64,000 bases of DNA from Tubiluchus corallicola (taxonomy: Eukaryota > Animalia > Priapulida), in assembly GCA_030141605.1 (NCBI GenBank), contig JAQGDQ010002380.1, positions 186,001 through 250,000 on the forward strand, in the 5' to 3' direction. The translations under genes and the position numbers were made by a program. Every line of letters begins with the position of its first letter. Positions within the stretch are counted from its first letter, which is position 1. The notes beneath the pieces are model-generated. The model ran no database searches. It worked only from the letters and a program-made list of their open reading frames with translations, and was not told where the DNA came from. Positions 39,691-52,910 of the stretch are shown here, one piece after another.

Positions 39691-41424
39691 ACCAATGCGC
39701 AAGCTAATAATTCGTAAGCAAACTGTTAATGCGTCGACTTCATGAATTCTTAACTTATTTCATGTTTTCCCTATAATCATCGTCATTTACGTCCAGCTTA
39801 TATACAAATTTAATGTACATTTATTCTCTTGGGAAATTTGGGTTACTTGCACCTATAATACCCGATAACATTTGGGTTCTTCACAGCTATCATTACAGAG
39901 TCTTCGTAAATACTGTATGAAAAATTAACGAAGATTACGCTGTCTCTATTTCGTGTAATTATTTCGTTAAACACCTCTAAGGCTATAACGCCGCATAAGA
40001 ATATTAAGTGACATCTTCAGTCATTTCTAAATTACCAAAACTTTAGCAGTAAATTAGAATAGAGTCGGAATTTGTTTAAAATTAACATAAATTGCATTTA
40101 CTTGAATTTAATTACGTTATATTTCATTCCGTTCGTTACGTTACGTTCCGTGTTGTCATATCACGTACACACGCTACATTATGTAGCATTACCGGTACAG
40201 CAAAGCATTTTTTTAGAATTTTGACGGCAAACTTGCCTACTGCTGACTGTGCACGTTTGTGTGTAACTGCACAGATCTAAATCTCATCAGAGCTTTGAGC
40301 TAACTGCATGTGCAAGAACAACATGATGCAGCAACATAACATTAAATTCTGTTCTATTCGTCACTTTCGTTGTGTACAATATGATACAATCTCTATTAAT
40401 AATAACTGTGCGATAATTACTTTTTCGCGTGATAAATGAATTTTTTGTTGGACGTGCTGAATCTCTCGTCTAAGAATTCCTCTTTATTTTGTTTCGTTGT
40501 TTCCATGGTGTGTCCACACTATTCAGGGTACAGGGCGTAATCTCTTCTGCGAGATATGATCGTCTCCAAAGCGCATCCGTCTTCTAAGCGTTCTGATGGA
40601 TAACATTTTTTACTTTCTTTTACTCTTTCTCGTGTAGTTTTGTTTCCATTCCTCTTCTTTTTGTTGAGTCCATAGCCACAATGTACATTTGTTCAAATAA
40701 CCCATTAGCACTTTTGCATCATTTGACTAAATAATTTCTTGTAGTGGCATAGTTCACTTTGTCGTAACATATTCAAGCATATTCTCAGTAGTATCATCTT
40801 CATTTTTATACACTGGACTCTCGTCTTCTTTGAACTGACTGTTCTAATACTTCTTGAGTAGCAACATATTTAATTTAATTTTTATCAACACCCCTTCTAG
40901 TGCTATTCCTAGACAGCTTATGATAGCTGATTACGTAATTAACAGCAGAGCTGTGGCAATACGATATTAATAACAGTAACTCCATACAATTTTTTATTTT
41001 GCCAAGTTTATAAGGTACAAATTTTAAATACCTTGACTTTGTTTTAACCCCTCCTGTCCTAACCAGATCTTTCACCTATAGTGTCGTATTAGTCATCGCC
41101 TCTATATTGTGTAATAGGCTTGTAAATAGCGCCAATAAAAGCAATATTCCGAAGAACATCAGTCCCTAATTATTGTATTGCGTTACTAATATTACATACG
41201 TTATTGTCAACTGCTGTGCAGTTAATTATGCAGTAAACCATAGTGGCATGGTTATATACAGTCTATAGATACAATATAAGTGCACAGTATATGTTTTTAC
41301 AACGACCTCTATGGCGATAACCACAAAAGCGGTAACAGTATCAACAAGAATACTGAAGGTGACAAATATAGCGACAACGGAAACTACAAGGACAAGAGCA
41401 ACAAAACCAATAACATAAACCGTT

Positions 41425-41609
41425 GCACAACAACAACAACAACAACGACGACAACAACAACAACAACAGCAAAAGCAATAGCGGCAACAGCAACGGCAAC
41501 AACAGCAGCAGCAGTAGCAACAACGATGACGACGACAACAACAACAACATGGTTGCACTAGGAGCACCAAAGACAATGATTGTGATGACAGCAATAGCAA
41601 CAACAGCTA

Positions 41610-41641
<32 letters not shown>

Positions 41642-41650
41642 ACAACAAAA
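41425..41650. repeat. (CAA/CAG)n array
   Basis: Direct reading. Confidence 0.9.
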
Positions 41651-42404
41651 CGGCTGCAGCAGGAGTAGAAGAAAAAAGAAAAAGAAAAATTAATACCGCC
41701 ATGGATTGTTGACGCTTTAAAAATAGGCAGCTTTACCATCACCAACATGAAGACAGCGAGGATGTTTATAATAGATCCTGGTGTTTATTTGACTCCACCT
41801 AATTTGTCTGAAGTTAATGGCTCTAATGCAATTGACACCAAGCGTAAATGAGGGGAGTGCACTGAAAGTGTGTGTGCTCGTTTAGAAATGGCTTGCATTG
41901 TGGTTTGAATGAAAAACAAAAGCAAGAAATGAAGCAAATAAAACGCTTTTTGCAAACAAGGAAAATGCGTTACAAGGTTTTCTGAGAAACATGTATTGTG
42001 TTTTAAAACATAGTACATAGATAAATAGTTAAACCACAGCCCAAGTTTGGAACACTTGCTTAAACATGCATAATGCGCGTTTGGCAAACTTTGTGAACAA
42101 ATGCAGCTTGTAACTCTAGTGACGCATCTGCTAAAATTATTACTGAACTAGAAAAAGAGCGAGACCACTTTTAATGATTGCCTAATGCAGTCATCTCATT
42201 AGGTGCCAAAGGTTTCGTTTAGTACTGACCGTCTCTCGGCTTGTGTGATAGCTTGTGTTATACTACAACGAACTCTTCTTCAAATAAACAAAACCTAACT
42301 AAGCCCTGGAGTCACCCAATGGTGTCCAGTTTTAGTGGAAGTATTGGATAACGGCGCCAAAGCCATTTGCTGGAATCTTTGAACTTGTAGTAAACTTAGC
42401 CGTA

Positions 42405-42609
42405 ACAAATGATACTGAAGCTTGGCACATATATACTTCGGACTACGTAAAAAATGTTGCATGTTGCCAAAAAACTGTTGTAATTGACGGTACAGATAGC
42501 CCTGAGTACAGATAGTACAAATGATACTGAAGCTTGGCACATTTGTACATCGGACTACGTAAAAAATGTAGCATGTTGCCAAAAAACTGTTGTAATTGAC
42601 GGTACAGAT
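42405..42609. repeat. Local duplication of about 93 bp (period 112)
   Basis: acaaatgatactgaagcttggcacat...taattgacggtacagat occurs at 42405 and 42517. Confidence 0.9.
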
Positions 42610-43841
42610 TGTTCAATACAAAAACAGAATTATAACTTTCACTGATTAGTTAAAATGATCAGAGGTTTCATGTGACCAGCCATATCGAAAATATAGTTCC
42701 CAACAAAATAAAATTTACTGTGTTGATGTAAATAGTCCACAAAGTTGCTCTTCGTGAATTCAAAATACTTTGATAGTAAACCGACGCCTCTGAAGCTCCT
42801 TCCCAGGGGATTTCCTTTTATAATGAGGTTCTGTTTCCATATTAAGACCGCCTCTACCTGCCATTACGGGAAGGACAGTGCGATGAAATATGTTAGGTGG
42901 CGCAAAAAACGTGCCGATACTTTGATCACGGAATCGCTTGAAAGTTACCACACAGATGGTACAGACGTTTGTGTGATAATATCAGAAATTTTTGGTCATT
43001 CATATAATTATAATTTTTCCAAAGATACAAAAGTCTGAAAACAGGAAGTCAAAAAAGTAAATACCGGAAAAAATTGTGTTACTGTTGTTAAACTTACCGA
43101 CAATGCTCTACGTGTCCACCATTTAGCTGCAAACTAAACGAAGGCGTTCCTTCCGACAGCTGACACAATTTCTACCTTCTTTAATTAAGGGGTACTTGAT
43201 CCCACCTGCTCAACAATTTTTGCTCTTAGTTTCTCTGAATCAAACGGCTCTGTATGACCGTCGCATACGCTGGAAATTCAAGATACTTTAGTTTAGTTCA
43301 GGATTAAGTTTAATTTTTTTATTTGACAGCAAATCCTTATCAATATTTTACTATAGCCCAGGATGTAAAATGAGCTAACATTGTTCTGGCATTTAAATAT
43401 TTGACGTACAAAAGATTTTCGGCCATGGCTTAAAACTATACACTTGCAACTCTCACAACCAAAAGTCAATGCATTGTAGTACCAAGCTGTTAAACTTCAT
43501 CTTTGTAGAGAACCTGCTTCTACTGTACTGTAGTTTAAATTTTGGTATTTTTCTGCGCCAGCAGATGAAAAAGACATTTGAAATTGTTCACTTGGCTGAA
43601 ATTAAGGTTTTGGAAATTGAAGAGCTACTGTTGAAGAGAAGGATCAAGCCAAAGAACTGGATAAGGATGTTGCTGAATATGACAATTAAAAGAATCAAAT
43701 TTATCTATTGCTGCCTTCATTGATAACAACTGGGTTACCATCTGAGAATTTGCTGTTTGCAACAAACTGTAAACATTAATTACAAAGGGAAATGACAGGT
43801 CGGCAACTAGAAGTTTTTTACACATGGAGTTCATACATGGT

Positions 43842-44127
<286 letters not shown>

Positions 44128-45801
44128 AAGTGTTTACTGAATATTTGCTGTGCAATTTAGTGAATAATTTATAGCATAACGAGTAGTATACCAGCAATTA
44201 CAACGTCACTTAGCTTGGTTGGATCATTAATCTCCAATCTGCAACAACTATTATATGCGAGATTATGCCAAGTAAACAGCAATCATAGGGCTATAAATGA
44301 AGACTGTGTGAACATAATGGTAAAACCAACGCACTCATCCAGAACATTTAGCTGAATTGCTTGACCAAAAGTTCCTTTGGTTTAAATTGAAGTACTAAAA
44401 TACCGATAAGAAACGGCAAAAGGAAAAAATCCATAGTAATTATTTAGGTAAGTTGACTGCTGCTGCATGTGCAAACGATAACGACAACAATAACAACAAG
44501 AGCAGCAATAACAACAACAGCAGCAACAACAACATCAACAACCTTGAAGTCAACATTTAACACTATACGTAGATAACAATGATCATTCATCTTTACATTT
44601 GAATCTGACTTTCACTCAAATTACAGACTTGCAGTATAATTATTTTCCCATTGTGCTTCTGTGAGAATGACCTTTATTATGATTTTTAGTTCTACTACTG
44701 ACAATTCTTTTAATCACTGCCATGCCTCAGGTGTCATGATTAAACGATGACTCGCTCGCTTTACCATACAATCAGGTCTGTCACAGAAACGTGATCTTTT
44801 ACACAAGTGTGGTAATTTAAAATAATCAGTGCGTTCAGATGAAAGTATTAAACTTCAGGTGTAGGGTTGATGAAAGGAGAGTGAAACAAAGCGTTATAAT
44901 ATTGTGAACATCGTGTAGTAAATCGTACTGAATGCAGCTGATATTCTAGCTGCCGTTGGTGTTAAAAATTTAAACAGCATAATTAAAAATGGTGGCTGAA
45001 TAAGGTCATGGGGCGTTAGTGGCAATGATGGTGTTGTTGGCGTTGATGTTTGTGTTAGTTGCGGTGCCACATGGCAGTGCATATTGATTATGAGAGTGAT
45101 GATGATGACGACGACGACGACAATGATGATAACTTTAGGATGTTTCGGAACTTGCAGTGTGACTACAACCGACGAGTATTGACAACTGACTGCTTTATCG
45201 ACGTTTGGTTAAGCGACGTATCGACTCTTCAGTTAGTTTTTTAAATTTTGCAAAATACGGTCGCGTCTCTGAATTCAAATGAGATCTGCATCAGAAGTGT
45301 CTGAGCTTCACAAAAATGATAATTTTATTTCTATGATTGTCTACAGCACACCCACACACAGAGGAGCAAAAACTTTAATGGTTCCCAGTTTATTTCACTT
45401 ACACGTGCCTAGAAGTATATACAGCTCAGTTGCTCATTGTCCCAATGGTTGACTATATTTTTAGCAGGAAACTGCAAACTGCAACAACAACAATAGCAAC
45501 GGTAGTAACAACAAAAATAACAACAACAACGATAAAACAACAATAACGACAACAGCCGCAGCCCTTGCTATGAAACTAGCGTTTTTTTATAATTTGACAA
45601 TAGTGCAAGTGTCAACGGGCAGAATCTATTTAATTTAGATGGTTGTGGCAAAAAGAGAGCCTGATTTATCACCAAGGTTACGCATCTAAGTTGAGGCACT
45701 AAATTGGCAGAGATATTTTAGACATGTTCAAATGTGAATGCGAATTTTCTTCAATCTTTTTACTTTACTGTTTTAAACATTTCAATAATTATTCTTGTCG
45801 T

Positions 45802-46558
45802 TAGGACCGGCTTTACCACCAGGCAAACTAGACGGGTTGCCTAGGGCACCATTTTCTTAGAGGGGAGGGGCTCAAAATTCTGGAAGTGATTCCTTATTTT
45901 TAAGTTTAGTATAAGCAATAACATAGTGATTGACACGTTACCAAGTTCTTGTCCACAGTTTATATTGTAGGCATAGGGCAGCAGCCAAAGTAACGACTCC
46001 TTTCCTTAACAGAAAAGTTCCTTGCATTAGCATTTATCTAATCGTGGCAGATAGACTTGTAAGAGTCGAAGCTTTCAGTAGCATAATACACGAAACAAAA
46101 AGTAAAAGAAGCTGGTGGACAGTGAACAGCAACAAAATCTTAAAAGAGAGTATTTACAACCAGACCAGAGTTATATGGTTGTGAAGATGATGATGCTAAT
46201 GGAATGGACGTATGTGAAAAAGAGGAGTCAGAAGACTCAGTCACTGTTCTCTGATGATAAGGCTGAAGGAAAATCTAGCCATGAATATGAACATGAAGGC
46301 TGCGCGGCTGAAATTGTAGAAATATTGATTGCTCGTGAAGACCCAGGACGTACAATGATGTCAATTTCAAATGTAGTTGTAGAGTGGTAGTTAACTTCAG
46401 TTAATCAGTACACAATAATGTATAGGCCCAACACACAAGTACCATTAATACTTTAATATATACAACAAAAACACAATTTTGTAGTGGTTGTATGACGTAT
46501 GTGTGGGGGATTAAAAATACTTTTGGCTAGGGCGTCAAATGACCTAGAACCCGCCCAA
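45802..46558. mobile_element. Degenerate hAT-type non-autonomous element, ~757 bp
   Basis: TSD CTTGTCGT/CTTGTCAT (7/8), TIR-like ends TAGGACCGGCTTTA / rc TTGGGCGGGTTCTA, and subterminal CTAGGGC motifs at both ends. Confidence 0.6.
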
Positions 46559-46596
46559 CTTGTCATTAAAGCTGACACAAAATTAGCACTTTCAAG

Positions 46597-46715
46597 TGTG
46601 ATGTATAGCCGAGTGGTCACGGACGGAATGAGCTGTTAGTGACCAAAATTAAGAATGGTCAGTCGAAGCTGGTCAGTTAAGGATGGGTGATCACCTGGTT
46701 CAATACTTGCTCGGG
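46597..46715 (+). mobile_element. Degenerate tRNA/5S hybrid SINE head
   Basis: A tRNA-type A box TAGCCGAGTGG is followed by gtgaccaaaattaag...tcgaagctggtcagttaaggatgggtgatcacctgg, which resembles the 5S internal control region. Confidence 0.5.
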
Positions 46716-46917
46716 ATAGTTTTGCGATATTGGTTGTTTTCCTCTTGTGGCTAAAATATCTCTGCAAATTTTTTTAGTGTGTCAACTTAGATGCGTAGCC
46801 TTGATGATGAATCAGGCTCTGATCTTGCCACAACCATCTAAATTAAATATATTCCACCTTTTGACACTTGCACTATTGTCAAATCATAAAAAACGCTAGT
46901 TTTATAGCAGGGGCTGC

Positions 46918-46948
<31 letters not shown>

Positions 46949-47544
46949 TCTGCTGCTACCGTTTTCGCTGTTGTTGCTGCTATTGTTGTCTTATTTTATC
47001 GTTGTTGTTGTTATTGTTTTTGTTGTTATATCGTTGCTGCTGTTGTTTCTGTCGCTATCGTTGTCGTTGTCGTCGTCGTTCTTGTTGTTGTCATTGTCGT
47101 TACCATTGTCGCTGTCGCTGTTGTTGTTCCTGTTATTTTTTGCAATTACTGCTGTTGTTGTTGCCGTTGCTGTGATTTTCTGGAATTTGTGAGTAAATAA
47201 AAACCCGCCATTGCTTATGTGTAACTCCATTTTATACCAAACGTGCTCAGGTGTCACAGTTCTCTCATGTTCTCAATATTCCCATAGCGCACCTGCTAGT
47301 GTTTGTGTTGGACCATAAATCAAACTAATTAGCGCGATCGCAAATTATTAGCTAGCTACATTGCTTCTATGATGTGCTTAATTAGCTCCTATAGCTCATC
47401 TGTTGTATCTACAAATGCAAGATTGCATTATAACTGATTATAGATAACAGCGTAGATGGATTTACAATCTGGAACAAAATGTACGTCATAAGCGAAAAGC
47501 TACATGGGAGCAAGAAAAGAAGAAAACATCAAGAGAAAAACTGC

Positions 47545-47890
47545 TTATTTATTTATTTATTCTATTTTAATCACACCCAATAGTAAAATAGAGTCTACAA
47601 TAAAAACAATATAATATAAAACACGTTGGCAAAGAACATACAAATAAAATATTTACAAGAGTGTGGTAAAGACACAAAGATATTAACTGCTTACATGTGT
47701 CCGTTGTGTACAAGGAATTTATGCAAGTTAACTTTATATAGGCGGTTTTTAAATAACTTAATATTTTATGCAGTTACGTGGGGTACACCATCAACATATG
47801 CAGGCAGTGAGTTCCAAATCGGTACAACACGATTTGAGAAAAATTGACCAAATGATACTTTAGCTCTTCGACGCACGAAAAGCTTGTTTA
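47545..47890 (-). mobile_element. CR1-type LINE 3' remnant
   Basis: KLFVRRRAKVSFGQFFSNRVVPIWNSLP...FKNRL, followed by a UTR and a (TAAA)n tail near 47545-47560. Confidence 0.75.
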
Positions 47891-47899
47891 CTGTTAGGA

Positions 47900-48470
47900 T
47901 AGTTGCTACAATTAAGTTTAAGTTTATTACACACCAAATGAGAAGTAAACAATATACATTAAGATACATACATATACATACAAACATATACATCATATAA
48001 AAACATGCTATACACATTAAATTACGTACATACACAAAAAGCAGCATGATAATGAGGGGCGGTGTGGGGGAGACACGAAAAGCAAATGCTTCTTACATGT
48101 GCCTGTTAAATACTAAGAAAGCATTTAGATCGACATAATTTAGTCGCCGTATAAAAAAAGTTTGCATTGCGAGCTTTTGCTAATGGTGCATCATTTACAA
48201 TTTCTGGTAAACTACTCCAAATCGAAAAAAATGACCAAATATTTTTAGCAGATCGCTTGACATACATTTTAAGTGAGTTGGTACTTCTTGTCCGACTAGA
48301 TGTAGCAAATGAGAAAAATTTATCTCTGTCTATATCTACGTCTTTATGTATGATTTGATAACACAGTATAAATCTTTATCTAACCGTCTTTCCTCTAATG
48401 ATCTAAGAGTTAGAAAGTTCAATCGTAACGGATTTGACAAATAAGTAATGTTACCTGCCAGTTTGAATAG
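47900..48470 (-). mobile_element. Second CR1-type LINE 3' remnant (frameshifted)
   Basis: Manual translation gives LRLNFLTLRSLEERRLDKDL / CYQIIHKDVDIDRDKFFSFATSSRTRSTNSLKMY...FFSIWSSLP, matching the CR1 RLxxLxLxSLExRR...DL...FF...TRG...WNxLP pattern. Confidence 0.7.
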
Positions 48471-49319
48471 TTGGATTCACAGCGTCGATCACCGCAACAT
48501 ATTCTTGGGTTGATACGAAACGCGTAACGATATAAAAATCGCATTACGTGACTCAGTGACTCAGTGATACATTAATTAACAACATAGGTAAAACAGTAAT
48601 AATAACTATTTATGTAACTATGATGTGAAGTTGAAATTGTGATTAAAGTGAAAGTTGTCGTGTTTTCAAACTTTCATTTCTTTCCCTTATAACTCTTTTA
48701 CTTGAATTGAAACTTCATTTAACTTTTTATTGGTAATCTTCTTATTGATTATAGCTATAAAATTTTACTGTTTACTTTTTACTCGTGTAGTTATTTCTTG
48801 TGCCTAATAAATAAATAATAAATAATAAAAACGGTACTGTGTACTGTGTCAGCGTTGACTTCTCTTGCAGCAGCTTTATCTTCAAAGTTATACCCCCCCC
48901 CCCCAACCGAAAATATTACAGAGCTGAGCGTATACTGTAACGGACCAAGAAATACACAGCAGTCAACATGTCATTTGAACCAATAGCCGTTATGGTTGGC
49001 TGTTAGGAACTGCTTACAGCACTTCAATTTGCCGTGTATCATTTCACATTTGCAACTTAAACTCTGTGAAATAAGCAGTAATTGGAATAATGATATTTTA
49101 CCCTTAGTGGTAATAACAGTAATGTGCTTGCCCTTGAGGGACATTGTGCTTTTATAAGTAGCAGCTAAAATGTTACAACACAAATGGACCGCCGAGTGGC
49201 ATTAGCAGGCAGAAGATGGCAATCGCGTTGAAGGAAGACAATGAAGACGAAGAGGTTTAACTTCATCTGCGTCCAGAAGCATTAATCGTAATATCATGAA
49301 AGATATACGAAGCTGTCTA

Positions 49320-50435
49320 GCTACCTACATAGCCACCCACCTAACTTCCTGCCTACCCACAGTCTGCCAACCTGCCTACCTACCTATAGGCACATCCTAC
49401 TTACCTACCAACCCTCTGCCTTCTTACCCACCTACCTACCTTCCTACCGACTTACCTACCGACCGACTGACCTACCTACCTATACCTAAATGCCTACCTA
49501 CCTGCCTACTTAGCTGCCTACCTAGATACCTGCTTTGCCTACCTATATGTACATCCTACTTACCTACCTACGCCCTGCCTTCTTACCTACTTACCTGCCT
49601 GCCTACCTACCTATCTACCAACCAACCTACCTTCCTACCCACCTACCTACCTACCTAACTAACAACCTATTGTTCGTATGCCTGCCTGCCTGCCTGCCTA
49701 TTCCCTGTTTGTACTATTCCCCTATATACCTGACCAGCTACTTACCTACGTATTTACCTACCTGCTTACCTTCTTACATACTACTTAGTACCCACTTACC
49801 TACCTGCCTACTTAGCTGCCTACCTAGATACCTGCTTTGCCTACCTATATGTACATCCTACTTACCTACCTACGCCCTGCCTTCTTACCTACTTACCTGC
49901 CTGCCTACCTACCTATCTACCAACCAACCTACCTTCCTACCCACCTACCTACCTACCTAACTAACAACCTATTGTTCGTATGCCTGCCTGCCTGCCTGCC
50001 TATTCCCTGTTTGTACTATTCCCCTATATACCTGACCAGCTACTTACCTACGTATTTACCTACCTGCTTACCTTCTTACATACTACTTAGTACCCACTTA
50101 CCTACCTGCCTACTTAGCTGCCTACCTAGATACCTGCTTTGCCTACCTATATGTACATCCTACTTACCTACCTACGCCCTGCCTTCTTACCTACTTACCT
50201 GCCTGCCTACCTACCTATCTACCAACCAACCTACCTTCCTACCCACCTACCTACCTACCTGCCTACCTAACTAACAACCTATTGTTCGTATGCCTGCCTG
50301 CCTGCCTATTCCCTGTTTGTTACTATTCCCCTATATACCTGACCAGCTGCTTACCTACGTATTTACCTACCTGCTTACCTTCTTACATACTACTTAGTAC
50401 CCACTTACCTACCTGCCTAGTGCCTACGTACTTAC
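49320..50435. repeat. Degenerate (CCTA)n array organised as a 302-bp higher-order repeat, about 3 copies
   Basis: Identical variant patterns recur 302 bp apart (for example the identical ORFs at 49535 and 49837). Confidence 0.92.
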
Positions 50436-52540
50436 CCAATAGTGAGGCACATGCTTACTTAACACTAGGGCAGCACAGATCTAAAATTCTTTTGGAGTAA
50501 GTCTTACGAAACTGGCTCCACTATAACTTCCTACCTACCTAGGCAATTACTACTGCCCTGCTTTTCTGTGGTTCCTGCACCTAACGGTTGTCTATAGTTT
50601 GGTAAACAATGTGGAAAAGGCATCAACGCATCACTAAATCAGTATAGCGATAGATGATTATACGGTCGCGTATGTCAGTCCCTATTCCCCATACCATTCT
50701 AAATCTTTTATTACTCGAGATTATACAATCCCCAGTTGATAGGATGCGTGTCATACCCAATTTGCTGTGATTAAACTATTCAAGCGACAGATAAGATCGA
50801 ACAAGAGGCTTACTTCCACAGAAGCGCGCAAGAATAAGTGACAATTCTCACATGAATTCGTGAACAAGGCACAGAGTCTATTGGCGTATAATGGTTTTTA
50901 CATATCAGAAGGTTATTTGTCAAGATGGGTTACCATCCTCATAAGACATGGCGCCTTTAATCATATTTCCCTTTTAGTAATTGCAATCTTAAAGCAATCA
51001 AGCACTTCCTGGATGTGCTTCTGAGTTTTCAAATCTTTTTGAACAATTCTGGCGTGCCCTACGTGTCCAGAAATACTAAACGTTATTTTACATCTACAAT
51101 ACTTGGCTGAAACAAATAGTGAAGAAAAATGTTGGATTTTTTATTTTCGTTTGCCCGTGCAAGCCGACCAGCATTCAGAATAAAGGCAGCAAACACGATT
51201 TGGTAAAAATTACATTCTGTAGTAAACCGGAACTGTTACTGTTCACAGAGGAATGCTGACCTAGCATTGATCACTAAGTAAATTTATTCTCTATAGTCTT
51301 GGGGCTACTACTTAATCCCTGAAGAAGCTTGGGTAGCTTTATCCAAATAAGGAAAGATTTCTAAAACGGCAGAATTGTCAGATGTTCAAATGCTTAGCAG
51401 GTACTAACCAGAACGAGTGCTGCTTCACTTTGAAAAACTTTGAGGTTATGACGCCAATCTGACTCATCGTGGTACATGTATGTAAATAATGTACTTTCTC
51501 AGTATAGTATAGTCTTGGCCTAGTACATGCTTCATACTTAAATAATCCATACTAGACCAGTGTACCGTGTAGACCACGTGGTGTACTGCTTGGTTTTTTT
51601 TATCTGCCTTAAGCCGTACCACATATATATATACATTGTAATGTACAATGACTCCTGCTTTTAATCGAGAACAGAGAAAGGAAAGAGTGAATGAGCGAGA
51701 GAAGGAAAAAGAAATCAGAGATAGACAAAAGAAATTTAAAATTCAAAATTTTTAAGAAAAATAAACGTGACTAATTTATTTCTACTGGGAGTCCAGTTGT
51801 TCAGAGGCTAAAATTGGACATTGTCCAAAAATCAGATGGATTTTGGTCAAAATATGCGTGAGGAAGGCGTGATTCCGCGCATATTTTGTATCATTTTTCG
51901 AAAAATGGGTTATTTGTACATGGATGGGAACCTAATACGTTGGTAAACATCAGACGATGATACATTTAATGTACGATCTATAATGTAGTCAGGTACAGGC
52001 ATGCCACATTGCGTGTACATTATAAATGCACTTTACCTATATGTTGGTATTAGCAAATTACGAGTAGCGCATTGCGTTAGTGAACCGCCTCCGTTCTATA
52101 ACTGCGCCGAGGCTTTTGTTTGCTAAACAATTTTTCCCCAGGAAAATCAAAAAGTTCGTGTAATCTTTTGTCGTGAGATTATTCATACATTCACGCACCT
52201 GCATAGTGTATTTGTTTTGAAATAACGCCAGTCTAGCAGGTTCGTTGTGAAAGAAAATAGCAGCAAAGTTTATTAAATTTTCAGAGGAATTTACGTTATT
52301 AGAGTGAAGCCTTTGTACCTTTTAGCTGATAATGTTGTCAATATATAGTATTACAAAAAACTTAATCGAGCGCGCAATTCTGATAAGGTTAATTTTCGTG
52401 CCAGGACAAGCTACCTCATACTATGCTCCTAAAAATAAAATAATATATTCGTTTAATATATTAAGATTAGTTCCAAAGCTTCACAACAGGACTGAGGCAT
52501 CCAAGGCGTAGCAACAAGAACTTATTTATATAAGGAAGCC

Positions 52541-52543
<3 letters not shown>

Positions 52544-52583
<40 letters not shown>

Positions 52584-52659
52584 TCTTTCTTTCTCTCTCT
52601 TTCTCCCCTCTCTCTTTCTCTCTCTCTCTCTTCATCACTCTCTCTCCCCTCTCTCTCCC

Positions 52660-52710
<51 letters not shown>

Positions 52711-52778
52711 ACTCTCTTTCTCTCTTTCTCTTACTCCCTCCTGTCTCTCTCTCTTTCTCTCTGTCTCTCTCTCTCTTT

Positions 52779-52854
<76 letters not shown>

Positions 52855-52910
52855 TCTCTCTCTCTGTCTCCTTCTCTCTCTCCCCATTCTCTCCCTTTTA
52901 TTTTCTCTCT
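52544..52910. repeat. (CT)n-rich polypyrimidine tract
   Basis: Direct reading. Confidence 0.95.

Larger units (their letters stand above)
45463..47185. repeat. Long inverted repeat (arms about 45463-45722 and 46750-47185)
   Basis: 45556-45721 is the reverse complement of 46751-46920 with scattered mismatches. The similarity extends outward through CAA/TTG-rich segments. Confidence 0.85.

Noticed and set aside
40500-40865. Decayed LINE zinc-knuckle (ESPVYKNEDDTTENMLEY) on the minus strand
   Set aside because: All the expected Cys/His residues would have to be mutated, so the match is too weak to call.
49296-50500. Pro/Thr/Tyr/Leu repetitive protein
   Set aside because: It is the translation of the CCTA higher-order repeat; the 302-bp period shifts the frame in each unit.
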